Source: Opitutales bacterium
Lineage (GTDB): Bacteria; Verrucomicrobiota; Verrucomicrobiia; Opitutales; UBA2987
NCBI GenBank assembly: GCA_965226885.1
Contig: CBDDEL010000017.1
Coordinates: forward strand, 640,001-704,000
Direction: 5' to 3'
DNA: 64,000 nucleotides
Shown piece after piece: positions 52,929 through 64,000 of the stretch. Position 1 is the stretch's first letter. Each line of letters starts with the position of its first letter. Below the pieces are notes generated by a model. The model was not told where the DNA came from, did no database searches, and worked only from the letters and a program-made list of their open reading frames with translations. Made by a program: the position numbers and the translations under genes.

Positions 52929-53341
52929 TCACACGGGCTTGGGTGTTAATTTTAGATTTTTTATTGGGGTTTTTGGAAGAGTTTGGTGTCTTCTTCGAGG
53001 AATTAGCCGGTTGAGATCATCCTTCAGCAAGCGGATCGCCAGTTCGTCCATTGTTTCGCCCTTGTCCTTACACGCCTGCTCTGTGGCCATGGCAATGATC
53101 CCAAGCAACTTGATGGATACCGTGAATGGGGTTGGTTGGGGCTCCGTTTCCCTTCCGGTTGCGTTTCTCCTCGTCCAGATAGGCCTTTCGGTCGATCCTC
53201 AACCAGAGCAGCTTTTCGATCAATGCTCCCAGCGATATTCCTTTGCGGCGGCAATACCTCCGCGCTTTGTTCACGACTTTGGGATAGAGATGATATTGCT
53301 CCTCTGACTCTTCCCTCGTCGGTATTCGTTGACTGTGACAT
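52929..53341 (-). pseudogene. Decayed small DNA-binding (ribbon-helix-helix-like) gene
   Basis: LYPKVVNKARRYCRRKGISLGALIEKLL, and in another frame ATEQACKDKGETMDELAIRLLKDDL. Frameshifts are needed to join them. Confidence 0.35.
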
Positions 53342-53527
53342 GGTGTTTCCTCCACCTTTATGGTTAAAACACCGATCACCGGTATTTCCTAAAGAACCGC
53401 TCTGGATATCCGGACGCACTCAGTTGTGTCGAATTCGTAAACCTCCGAGTCGGTCAGCGAAACGCAGTTCATGAACACCTGGGACGGCATGTAAATGTGC
53501 TTAATGACGAGGTCTATTCCATTCGCC

Positions 53528-53565
53528 AATGAAGCTCCCCTGCGCTTGCGTCGAGGAGCTTCATT
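53528..53565 (-). terminator. Hairpin downstream of the giant surface-protein gene
   Basis: 11-bp inverted repeat aatgaagctcc/ggagcttcatt about 45 bp past the stop at 53610. Confidence 0.5.
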
Positions 53566-53609
53566 TAGCTGAAAGAAATTGCAGTATCGCCTGCCAAAAG
53601 AGTTCGAAA

Positions 53610-56600
53610 TCAGGGACCTGCCGCGGTTTGAACCCTGAGCCTTAGGAATAGTTCCTCGGCTTCAGTCAGAGGGATGCTCACTTTAACGATCCAGGCGCTC
53701 GCATCTTCACCCACAATACTGGCTTGGGCATCTTGGGTCTCGGGATCCCATGTTCCCAGATCGGTGGAAGACTCCACGATATAGTCCACACCGCTTGCCT
53801 TTTTATTGCGAGTGTAGGTTAAGGTAAGGAGATCATTGCCCTGCCCATCGCTCTCGATACCGGAAACGGGCAAATTGCCGTTATTCTTTGCGGTCGGATC
53901 CAGGCCAAGGGCGTAGGCCAGCAAGTTGCTTATGCCATCGTTACTGAAATCGCCTTCTACGCCACCCAGATTTGGATCATGATCTAAGGCCCAGTCATTG
54001 AAGGTTTGCGGGTCGGGCTTTGCCTGCAGTGACCGTTCACCAATCACGTCATCATTGAAACCGTCGTAGGAATAAGTGCCCGTAAAGGAGACCGCCTCAG
54101 AAGCGTTGGTGGGTGGAATGGCCACATAGGTCAATGTTCTCGCTTGTTTGTCCAGAAAATACCATTTAACCAGATGTTGCGACGAAACATAGTTTCCGCC
54201 ATCGCTGATGTCTCCCACCGACCAACCGTCCGGCGGGGCATCTTCGACTGCGTAAACAGCAATTTCCGGCGACGGGCTTACCTCGACAGTCACAGTAAAT
54301 GGCTGGTCGGTCACAGTGGAAACCGGAAGGCTACTGGTAGCGGTATTGCCGACCAAAGCCCCAATGGTTTTATCCAAACTACTGGGAGTTTCGCTATTGA
54401 CCCACCATAAGGGTGGGCTGCCAACATTCGGATCGAACTGGTAGTTTTCACCGTTTTTCCAAAGGAAGCCCGCTCGGGTGAGGTAATCGGGGGTAATTTC
54501 GATCGGATCGCGTGGCCAGTCATCACCCACTATCCAGGCTTCCGCGTAAGCAGTCACTTCAGCGATCACCATAATGAAATTTTCGGGTGAGAGGTCAGCC
54601 GGATGAGTTCCGCCAGTTCCGCCTGTTGAAATGACGCTATCGCCGGAAATAAGACTGTTAGCCCCATCGGCGGAACCAAGACCGGAAAAGGTGAACTCCC
54701 CGCTGGCGGAGTAATATCATAGGAGAACGATCTCGTGTTGTTATCGGTAAACGGACCGAATTTTACCTTGCTTTGGAAGGAATCGAATACGCCGCCTTCA
54801 TTGATATTGGAAACTATCCAACCATTTGGAACTGAATCTTCGACCGCATAAGCATTGACTCCGGAATCCGGGTTAGCGTCGATAATAACGGTAAATGGCT
54901 GATCGGGGATATAACCGCCCGGCAGCGTCCGGGAGACAAAGTCCGCATTGAACTCGAAGGTTGCCGTTACATTGCGATCTTCCGTCATCAGGACCGTGGT
55001 GGTGGCAGAACCCGGATCCTCCACCCCTGCTCCGGTCCAGCCTGTGAAACTATAGCCTTCCTCCGTGAATGCGCTGATTTCGGCAAATACCTGATCGTCG
55101 TAAAATCCGCCGCCTTCGACAAATCCGCCGGATTCCGGAGCAGCTGCCAGATCCAATTCCCAACTGATAACAGCCGTACCCAGGCGACTCAGGGCAAAGG
55201 GCCAAGGATCCCCATCGTGGCTATATTGCCCGGTGACCAGAGCGCTCCCATCGGGGTTCAATATCAAATTGTTTTTAAATGCATCGAAGACAAAATCCAC
55301 CAACCCAATTCCAGGGCCAAATCGCGTATCCACTTCTCCAAATGGATGAAGCTTCACCAATCCAGCGGCAAAAGCATCGTTGAATATATGAAAACTACCC
55401 GTCAGGTATATCGCCCCGCCATCGTCAACGGTCACACTGTCCACCCGTCCGGGCCGGTCACTACCGAAGATAGACTCCGCTCCATTTCCAATATAAAAAT
55501 CGAAATCTATGGAACCATCGGCAAACAGCCTGACCAGTCCAGGCGAATAATGGCCATTTTAAAAGTCGAATTGTCCGCTCACCAGAATGGAGCCGTCGGG
55601 CAATTCCACGGCATCGGTAAACCCGGCCAGATCAGGTTCAATTACAGGCGCGAAAAAATTCTCTCCACCACGTAAGGGGTCTTCGAGTGAGGGAAAATTT
55701 TCATCGCCTTCACCGGCATATACTTCACCAATGGCGAATGTGTCATCCACTGTGCCGTCGGAGTTCAACCGGGCAAGCTGGATGAAGGGCCTCGGGCCGG
55801 GCAGCATGGCGAGCAGTTTGCCATCGCTCATTTGAGTCAATATTTCCGGTTCCACGGTCCAAATAGCCGTAACCGGGCCAACCGCAAATTGGTCGGTGGA
55901 TTCTTCCCGCTCTACCGCAAGCTCATCAAACCCGGACAGGCCGAAGAAACTATCATCAATGCTTCCATCCACATGGATTCGGGTGAAGACTCCCTCCAGT
56001 CCATTCAACTCTGAATTTCCTGGTTCATAGTTTACAATGATGGCTTTGTCATCGAATTGGACAAAGAGTTCGCGTCCTATCAGCGAAGCATCCGGATTGA
56101 AATTGAGATCCACCGAACCATCCGACTCCAGCCGCAGGTAAACCGGGCTGTTATTGTTCAGATTGAAACCGCTGGCCGCGATCACATAGAGTCGATCGTC
56201 GCTCATCAGGCCAATACCCGTGACTCTTTGCAAATCGGAAACGATGGCCGATAGATCGACCGATAGATCCAACGAACCATCCACTTCAAGCCGAGCCAGC
56301 CCGGTGCGCGGTTCATTGTTTACGCTGGTAAATTCGCCATTGACGTAAACCTTCCCGTCGCTCCGCAGGGTATAGTTTTCAGGATACAACTCTTTCTCGA
56401 AGGAGGGTGGCATAAAATTAGCATCCAGGGTTCCATCGGAATTCAAAACGGCAATACCCGACACCGGCACTGTATTGACCAGGGTCAAGCGCTCGCCACT
56501 GGCCACGGCCATGCGGCCGTTGGAGAGCGGTTCGATCCAAAAAGCCTGGCCAAGGGGTCGGTCTTCGAGTTCGAAAAAGTCGCTGTCAGATTCCGGTTGA

Positions 56601-59600
56601 AAAAAGGTATTGTCCACACCGCCGTCTGCGTTGAATCGAATCACCGTCATATCCACTACCACGATCTTATCGTCCCCGAGTATTACCAGTTTTCTTACTT
56701 GGGTAAAAAATTGCGTGTTGATGTCCTCAGAGAATCGATCCACCAGGTTGAAGGATAAGTCTCTATGACCATCGAGGTCTAATCGGACCAACATTACTTG
56801 GCCTAAATCATCGGTATCAAGCCGGCCGCCGATGACCACCCTGCCATCGGACTGTATGCCGATGCCCCTGACCGGCCGGTCGTTGGCAATCCAGAACCCA
56901 TCAGCCGCATAGGAGGTATCCAATGTCCCATCCTCGTTGAGCCGGGCGAAGCCCTCCCGTGGAAAACCATCCACTGTTCCAAATATTCCCCCGATGAGTA
57001 TCTTGCCATCGCTATCCAATTCAAAAGGCGCCCAAATTCCTGTGGGGAAAATAAATTGACTCGGATGATCACCCAAGTGGGGAATATGGAAGCCCTCATC
57101 CAGGCTGCCGTCGCTATTGAGCCGGACCAATCCGCTAACAGGCATTCCATCAACCTCGGTAAACAAACCGCCCACCAGCACCTTGCCATCCGGCTGCACA
57201 TGAAGCATGCGAATTCCGGTATTGAGGGGACCAGTAAACAATGGGGAGATAAAGGAGGGATCAGGGCTGCCATCGGGCAATACCCGCAATACTTGAGCGG
57301 GGGCGACGATTCCGGAATCAAGAGATCCGCCGATTCTTCCCGCAACCAGAATGTTACCGTCAGCCTGAACTGTACTTGGGAATGTGGAATGCAATTGCGG
57401 CCCAAATTCGAAGGAATCATCTAGCAAACCAGTCACTTCATCCAGGCGAACCAAGGCGCCAGTGCGAACACCGTCAGCATTGTGGTTAGAAAAGCCGGAA
57501 ACCATCACCCCTCCTATGCCGTCCGCAGTAATACGCACGGCTTCTCCTTTGCGTTTGAACTCGGGTTGAATAAAGTTCGGGTCGAAATCTCCAAAAATAG
57601 CCGGAAGCGCTTGCACCGCTGGAGCCAAAGCAGCCTCCTCACCAGCGCTCACCTCTACATCCTCTGAAGGAATGACCTCGTAACCTAACCCGGATATTTC
57701 GTAAAAAAAGTATCGTTGATATGCTTAACTGCTGATATACAGCAGGATAGATCAATAATTAAAGCAATATCAGCGATGACAAAAGGTAAACAATTAAAGC
57801 TACAGTTGACAAGGGTAAAAGGCCGCCGTGTGCGGGTTGATTTCAAGGGCGGAGAGGTTACTTCGGATGCCGGACTGCTTTTGATCCGGGAAGTGGATCG
57901 GCAGTTGGGCTTGACCGAACGAGCGGCCCGACAGTTAGTGGACAAACGGCAGAAGGGCAAAGTACGCCATGAGGTATTGGGGATGCTGCGGCAGCGCGTT
58001 TACGGGCTGGTGGCGGGCTATGAGGATTTGAACGACTTTGATACCCTGCGCCACGATCCATTGTTGCAAACGGTAACGGGGCGCATTGAAACGTTGGCCA
58101 GCGCGCCGACTTTGTGTCGTTTTGAAAACGGGCAGGATCGGCGGGCGGCCTTTGCGGTAAACGAGCTGTTGGTCGAACAGTTCATGGGCTCCTTTGCCGA
58201 GGAACCCGAAGAGATCATCCTGGACTTTGACGGCACCGACAATCCGGTGCACGGGCTCCAGGAGGGACGTTTTTTCCACGGTTATTATGATCATTACTGT
58301 TTTCTGCCGCTATATGTTTTTTGCGGTGATCAGCTGCTGGTGGCCTACCTGCGGCCGAGCAAGATCGATGCCAGCAAGCATGCCGGGGCCATCCTCAAAT
58401 TGCTGGTTAAACGGATTCGCCAAAGCTGGCCCCGTACGCGGATTATTTGGCGCGCCGACAGTGGATTTTGTCGAGACCGGATACTCTCTTGGTGCGACCG
58501 CAACGAAGTTAGTTACATCGTGGGGATGGCTCGCAATGCACGCTTGCAGCAAGACGCCCAGCAGTTGCAAAAGCAGGCCAAAGAATGGTTCGAACTAAGG
58601 GGTAAAAAACAACGGTTATTCCAGGACTTCGTCTATGCTGCCGATTCGTGGCGCTGGCTGCGGTTGGTCATCCATAAAGCCGAACACACCGCACAGGGGT
58701 CCAACCCGCGCTTCGTGGTGACGAACCTGCCGGGCGATCCCCAGGAGCTTTACGACAAGGTATACTGTGGCCGCGGTGAAATGGAGAACCGAATCAAGGA
58801 ACAGATGCAATTGTTCAGCGAGCGCACCAGCGCCCATCAATGGTGGGCCAATCAGTGGCGATTGCTCTTGTCGGCGCTGGCCTACACCTTGATGGAAGCC
58901 ATGCGCCGGTTAGCCTTAAAAGGGACGAAGTGGGCGCGGGCCCAATGGCACACCCTGCGGCTCAAATTAATCAAGATCGGAGCGGTCATCGTGCGCAACA
59001 CCCGAACGATTCACTTTCACCTAAGTGAGAGTTATCCTTGGGCCAGTCTTTTCAACCATGCGGCCCGCCGATTGGTGCCAACCTAAAGGGTGCATTGGTG
59101 CTGCCCCCGGCACTACCGAACCAATGGGGGAAAGGGGGCAGTGTCTCTACACCCTGAAAAACACCTAAAAATCAAGACGATCTGCTCAAAATACAAAGAA
59201 ATCCATCTCCAATAGCAATAACGAGCCAAACTTTACCCTTCATGAAATATCCGGGCTAACACGGGCCTGAACTCGATATGGGCTTCACCCACGGGCACTC
59301 CAATGACCGTGGCCCCGTTTTCCTGCCAGGGACCGCCGTCCACGCGCCATTGGAAAGCTCCCGGAACGTCATCTTCACCGGCATCGAAATCGACGGATAC
59401 CGTTCCGGTCGCAATAATGCGGTTTAACCCGAAAGGCCAAGGATCGCCAGGGTGACGGTATTGGCCAAGCACATAGAGGCCGCCGCCGCCCAAGCCGTCA
59501 GACTGGACGGATGTCTGCAACTGGCCTCCAACAAAATCGCGGAAGCGGATTTCCGGCAGCAATTGTGTATCCACGCTTCCATCTTGGAAAAGAGTAACAA

Positions 59601-62600
59601 TGCCAGGAGCAAATGCGCTATTGAAAACATTAAAAGCCCCCGTCAGCCAAATAATGCCGCCACCATCCACGGTAATTCCGTTGACACTGCCTACGGCTCC
59701 TTCCAATCCGAAGCGCTCAGCGCCATCACCTATATTAAAACCGAAGTCGATGCTTCCGTTCGCCGAAAGTTTGACCAATCCGGGTGAATAATGGCCATCG
59801 TAAAAATCGAACTGGCCAGAGACCAAAATCGAATCATCTCCCAGTTCCACGGCATCCATAAAACCGGCCAACGCTGGGCTGAAGACCGCTTGTTGAAGTA
59901 TCTCACCGCCACGTAGCGGGTCAGAGATAAACGGGAAATTCACATTGAGCGCTCCGCCGTCAATGTTTCCGGAAACAAATGTATTATCCAGTGAACCATC
60001 CACATTCAAACGCACCAGCTTCATGCCGCCTCCATCGTTCGGAACCATTACGAGCAGTTTGCCGCCAGCCAGTTCCGCCAACACTCTCACCGGTGCAGTA
60101 GTTATCGAAATTATGGGGCCGGCAATTTCGTTTTCAATGTCTTCCTGGCTCGGTTCCGCCCGGTCAACAGATCCTATATCTAAGACCGGACCGGTAAAAG
60201 TACCGTCCAAGGTCCCATTGAGGTTTACACGCTGGAAACTCCCCAGATTTCCATCCACCACCCCTTGTGGATCATCGCTTTGGTAGATAATGGCACGATC
60301 ATCCGCCAGCACGAATACATCGGAACCCTTCATTTCAGGGGCCGGGATAAAGCTGCCATCCACTGTGCCGTCATCGCTGAGACGCCCATAGACCAGCCCC
60401 GCATCGCTTTGGGCAATGTAGTAAAGCCGGTCGTCCGAAAGCGCTCCGGCATCCACCAGCCAATGAAGGTCCGAATTTACCAAAGCCAGGTCGTAGTTGG
60501 GATCCAGCAGACCATCGGTATCGAACCGGGCCAGACCAATACGAAACTCGCTCCCAACCCGGTCAAAACCTTTAACGCCTTCAGACCCGGACCATACCAC
60601 AGTCCGGCCATCGCTCTGCACGGCCAATCCTTGAGGATACCACTCGGTCTGAAAACTTCCGGGGGTGAATGAGCTATCGAAAATGCCATTACTCAACAAT
60701 CGACCAATACCTTCCAATTCTTCCCCATTAACTTCGGTCGGTCCACCATCCCCGGTGAAGACCACCGAACCATCCGGGAGAACGGCCAACCAGAAGATTT
60801 CCCCTACACCCGATTGGAATACCGGCCTAAGGAAACTGCCATCCAGGCTCCCGTCGCTGTTGAATCGAGCTATGGTGCCGCCCCCGGCGACGATGCGATC
60901 ATCGTCCATTACTTCGAGTATGCGCACCTGTCTGAACATCCCTGACTCATCGCGTGAAACCAGATTAAAGTTCGGGTCAAATACGCCATCTGGATCTAAT
61001 CGCACCAAAACGGCCTCATTCTCGGAATCGTCCACGAACCTGCCTCCAATAATCAGGCTGCCATCGGATTGAAAACCGATTACCCTAACGGGGCGCCCGA
61101 TTATTGCATAACCGCCGACGCCATAGTCGAGGTCCAGGCTGCCGTCCGCATGGAGCCGCGCAAAACCCTCGCGAGGCTCGCCATTAACCGTCCCGAACGA
61201 ACCGCCAATATAAATTCCTCCATCATCATCCAGGACGATCGGAGCCCAGATGCCATTATCGAAAAATGAGGAAGGGTGTTGAATCAGTTCAGGAATTTGG
61301 AAATCTTGGTCAAGCCTTCCATTTTCGTTCAGACGAACAAGCCCACTCACCGGCAAACCGCCTACTTCGGTAAATAGGCCTCCCGCCAGCACTTTGCCAT
61401 CAGGCTGGGCTTTCAAAAAACGTATGCCGCCATTAAAAAACGGAGAAATAAAAGAGAAATCTCTTCTCCCATCCGGGAAAACCCGAAAGATCCGATTTAC
61501 CGTTGTCCCGTCGGCAAGGGGACTGCCGGAGCCTCCCGATACCAAAATCATGCCATCGTCTTGCACCGCGCTGGCCAAGGTGAACCTGAACTTGGGTCCG
61601 AAATTGAAACTTTCGTCCAGTGAACCGTCCGATTCATTAATACGGATCATGGCTCCGGTTTTCACATTGTTTACATTGTGGAAATTAGGCCAGGTGACCA
61701 AAAGCCCACCACTTCCGTCGGAAATTACCCGTATGGGGAAATCCTCCCGCTTGAATTCGGGAAGGTTAAAATTCTGATCGAAGGCTCCAAAGATCCCGCC
61801 TAGTGCTTGAATTACGGGACTAAAAAATACCTCGTCTCCAAAATCTATCTGGACAACTTGGGACGGCAGAACTGCATAACCCAGCACCGGTCGATATTCG
61901 ATGAGCGCCTCCCCTTCCGGCACATCCAGGACTACATCGCCATTTCTCTGCCAGGGGCCGCCATTCACCCGCCACTGGAAGGCATTCGGTACATCATCGG
62001 GTCCGGCATCAAAATTCACCGAGACCAATCCTGTTCCCACAAGGTGGTTCAGGGCAAAGGGCCAGGGATCGCCCTCATGCAGGTATTGCCCGAGCACATA
62101 AACTCCACCGGCGCCATCCTCTTTCAGCCCTGTCCGCAACTGGGCAGTAACAAAATCGCGAGAATTGATTTCAGGTGAAAAACTGGTGTCAACGGAGCCA
62201 TCTGAATGAAGCCGGACGATTCCCGGAACGAATGTATCGTTAAACTCATCAAAGACGCCTGTCAGCCAAATCTTGCCGTCGCCGTCCACGGTGAGTCCAT
62301 TTACGATTGGCACTCTTCCAGGCTGGTTAAGACGCTGGGCGCCTTCTCCTATGTTAAAGTCGAAATCGATGTTTCCATCGTCAAACAGCTTGACCAGTCC
62401 CGGAGAGTAGTGGCCCTCGTAGAAGTCAAAATCGCCCGATACCAGAATCGAACCACCAATCAATTCCACCGCATCGGTAAATCCGGCCAGCGCGGGACTG
62501 AGGGCGGCTACTTGTAATAACTCATTGTTGCGTTCGGGGTCTACTTGCGTTCGGGGTCTACCAAAGTTGGAAAGTTCAAATTGAGTTCTCCGCCATCAAC

Positions 62601-62964
62601 ATTACCCGATACAAAGGTATCATCCAAAGAGCCATCCGAGTCCAAACGCACCAATTGCATTCCTCCAAATTCGTTTCCAACCATCAGCAGCAGCTTTCCG
62701 CCGGAAAGTTCTGCAAGCACTTTCACGGGGGCTGTTGTAATCGAGTTTATCGGTCCCGAAATTTCGGCGTCTATGTCTGCCTGGCTTGGCTCCGCCCTGT
62801 CTACTGTTCCGATATTCAGAACGGGTCCGGCAAAGCTGAAGTCCAAGGTTCCGCCCAGATTAACGCGCTGGAAACTCCCCAGGGCACCATCTAGGACTGA
62901 TTGAGGATCGTCGCTGGTGTAAATGATGGATCGATCATCCGCTAATACAAAAATATCCGGCCCA
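53610..62964 (-). pseudogene. Giant delta-60-repeat surface protein (>2,500 codons in window), multiply disrupted; 5' part lies beyond IS1380 copy 5
   Basis: Recurrent QxDGKxLxGG / RLNxDGSLDxSF repeats, an InlB-B-like repeat, and C-terminal DGISNLLAYALGLDP..YIVESSTDL..FLRLRV. Lesions: IS at 62969, 17-bp duplication 62528-62561, IS 57689-59255, TAA at 55559-55561 and a frameshift near 54700. Confidence 0.88.
57689..59255 (+). mobile_element. IS1380 copy 4 (transposase 57776-59086)
   Basis: 1567 bp; CTAA TSD at 57685-57688 and 59256-59259; host frame restores as RPVL-G-YEVIPS. Confidence 0.95.
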
Positions 62965-62968
62965 CTAA

Positions 62969-64000
62969 CCCGGATATTTCATGAAGGGTAAAGTTTGGCT
63001 CGTTATTGCTATTGGAGATGGATTTCTTTGTATTTTGAGCAGATCGTCTTGATTTTTAGGTCTTGATTTTTAGGTGTTTTTCAGGGTGTAGAGACACTGC
63101 CCCCTTTCCCCCATTGGTTCGGTAGTGCCGGGGGCAGCACCAATGCACCCTTTAGGTTGGCACCAATCGGCGGGCCGCATGGTTGAAAAGACTGGCCCAA
63201 GGATAACTCTCACTTAGGTGAAAGTGAATCGTTCGGGTGTTGCGCACGATGACCGCTCCGATCTTGATTAATTTGAGCCGCAGGGTGTGGCATTGGGCCC
63301 GCGCCCACTTCGTCCCTTTTAAGGCTAACCGGCGCATGGCTTCCATCAAGGTGTAGGCCAGCGCCGACAAGAGCAATCGCCACTGATTGGCCCACCATTG
63401 ATGGGCGCTGGTGCGCTCGCTGAACAATTGCATCTGTTCCTTGATTCGGTTCTCCATTTCACCGCGGCCACAGTATACCTTGTCGTAAAGCTCCTGGGGA
63501 TCGCCCGGCAGGTTCGTCACCACGAAGCGCGGGTTGGACCCCTGTGCGGTGTGTTCGGCTTTATGGATGACCAACCGCAGCCATCGCCACGAATCGGCAG
63601 CATAGACGAAGTCCTGGAATAACCGTTGTTTTTTACCCCTTAGTTCGAACCATTCTTTGGCCTGCTTTTGCAACTGCTGGGCGTCTTGCTGCAAGCGTGC
63701 ATTGCGAGCCATCCCCACGATGTAACTAACTTCGTTGCGGTCGCACCAAGAGAGTATCCGGTCTCGACAAAATCCACTGTCGGCGCGCCAAATAATCCGC
63801 GTACGGGGCCAGCTTTGGCGAATCCGTTTAACCAGCAATTTGAGGATGGCCCCGGCATGCTTGCTGGCATCGATCTTGCTCGGCCGCAGGTAGGCCACCA
63901 GCAGCTGATCACCGCAAAAAACATATAGCGGCAGAAAACAGTAATGATCATAATAACCGTGGAAAAAACGTCCCTCCTGGAGCCCGTGCACCGGAGTGTC
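62969..64000 (-). mobile_element. IS1380 copy 5, cut by the window edge
   Basis: IR cccggatatttc after CTAA; transposase 3' part ends at 63152; private 14-bp duplication at 63047-63074. Confidence 0.93.

Noticed and set aside
1..64000. CRISPR array, retron/DGR or other RT- or nuclease-based defence system
   Set aside because: I saw no regularly spaced repeats and no recognisable Cas, reverse transcriptase or defence ORFs. The long repeats are all IS copies or protein-domain repeats.

Overview
Bacterial chromosomal window, probably Verrucomicrobiota/PVC. This is inferred from the C-terminal domain of the giant surface protein and the ResB/CcsA and Mla gene style, not from a search. About one third of the sequence (~20.7 kb, hand sum) is insertion sequence: 5 near-identical IS1380-family copies (YTAR target duplications), 4 IS1, 2 IS3, 1 IS21, 3 different IS630, 1 ISNCY-like element and older remnants. 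One locus is a fully resolvable nest of IS3 inside IS1 inside IS1380. ISs interrupt thpR, a DUF2911-TPR gene, a DUF5069 gene, a hypothetical gene and a >2,500-codon delta-60-repeat surface-protein gene (twice). Intact genes include tRNA-Gly(CCC), recR, hemF, an atypical transketolase, ada-alkA, a uracil-DNA glycosylase, an S41 protease, DUF2157/GDYXXLXY, PIG-L plus a sodium:solute symporter, tatD, trxB, a System II cytochrome c maturation cluster, recD2 and an MlaE/F/D-PqiC transporter. A tRNA-Thr(TGT) 3' half at 52821-52868 looks like the boundary of an island running off the right end, and a tRNA-Arg(TCT) 5' half lies at 7407-7449. The most unusual signal is a set of recent, perfect 8-19 bp tandem duplications, mostly without junction microhomology, which frameshift genes and occur in single copies of otherwise near-identical ISs. 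I found no CRISPR array and no recognisable novel multi-gene defence system.
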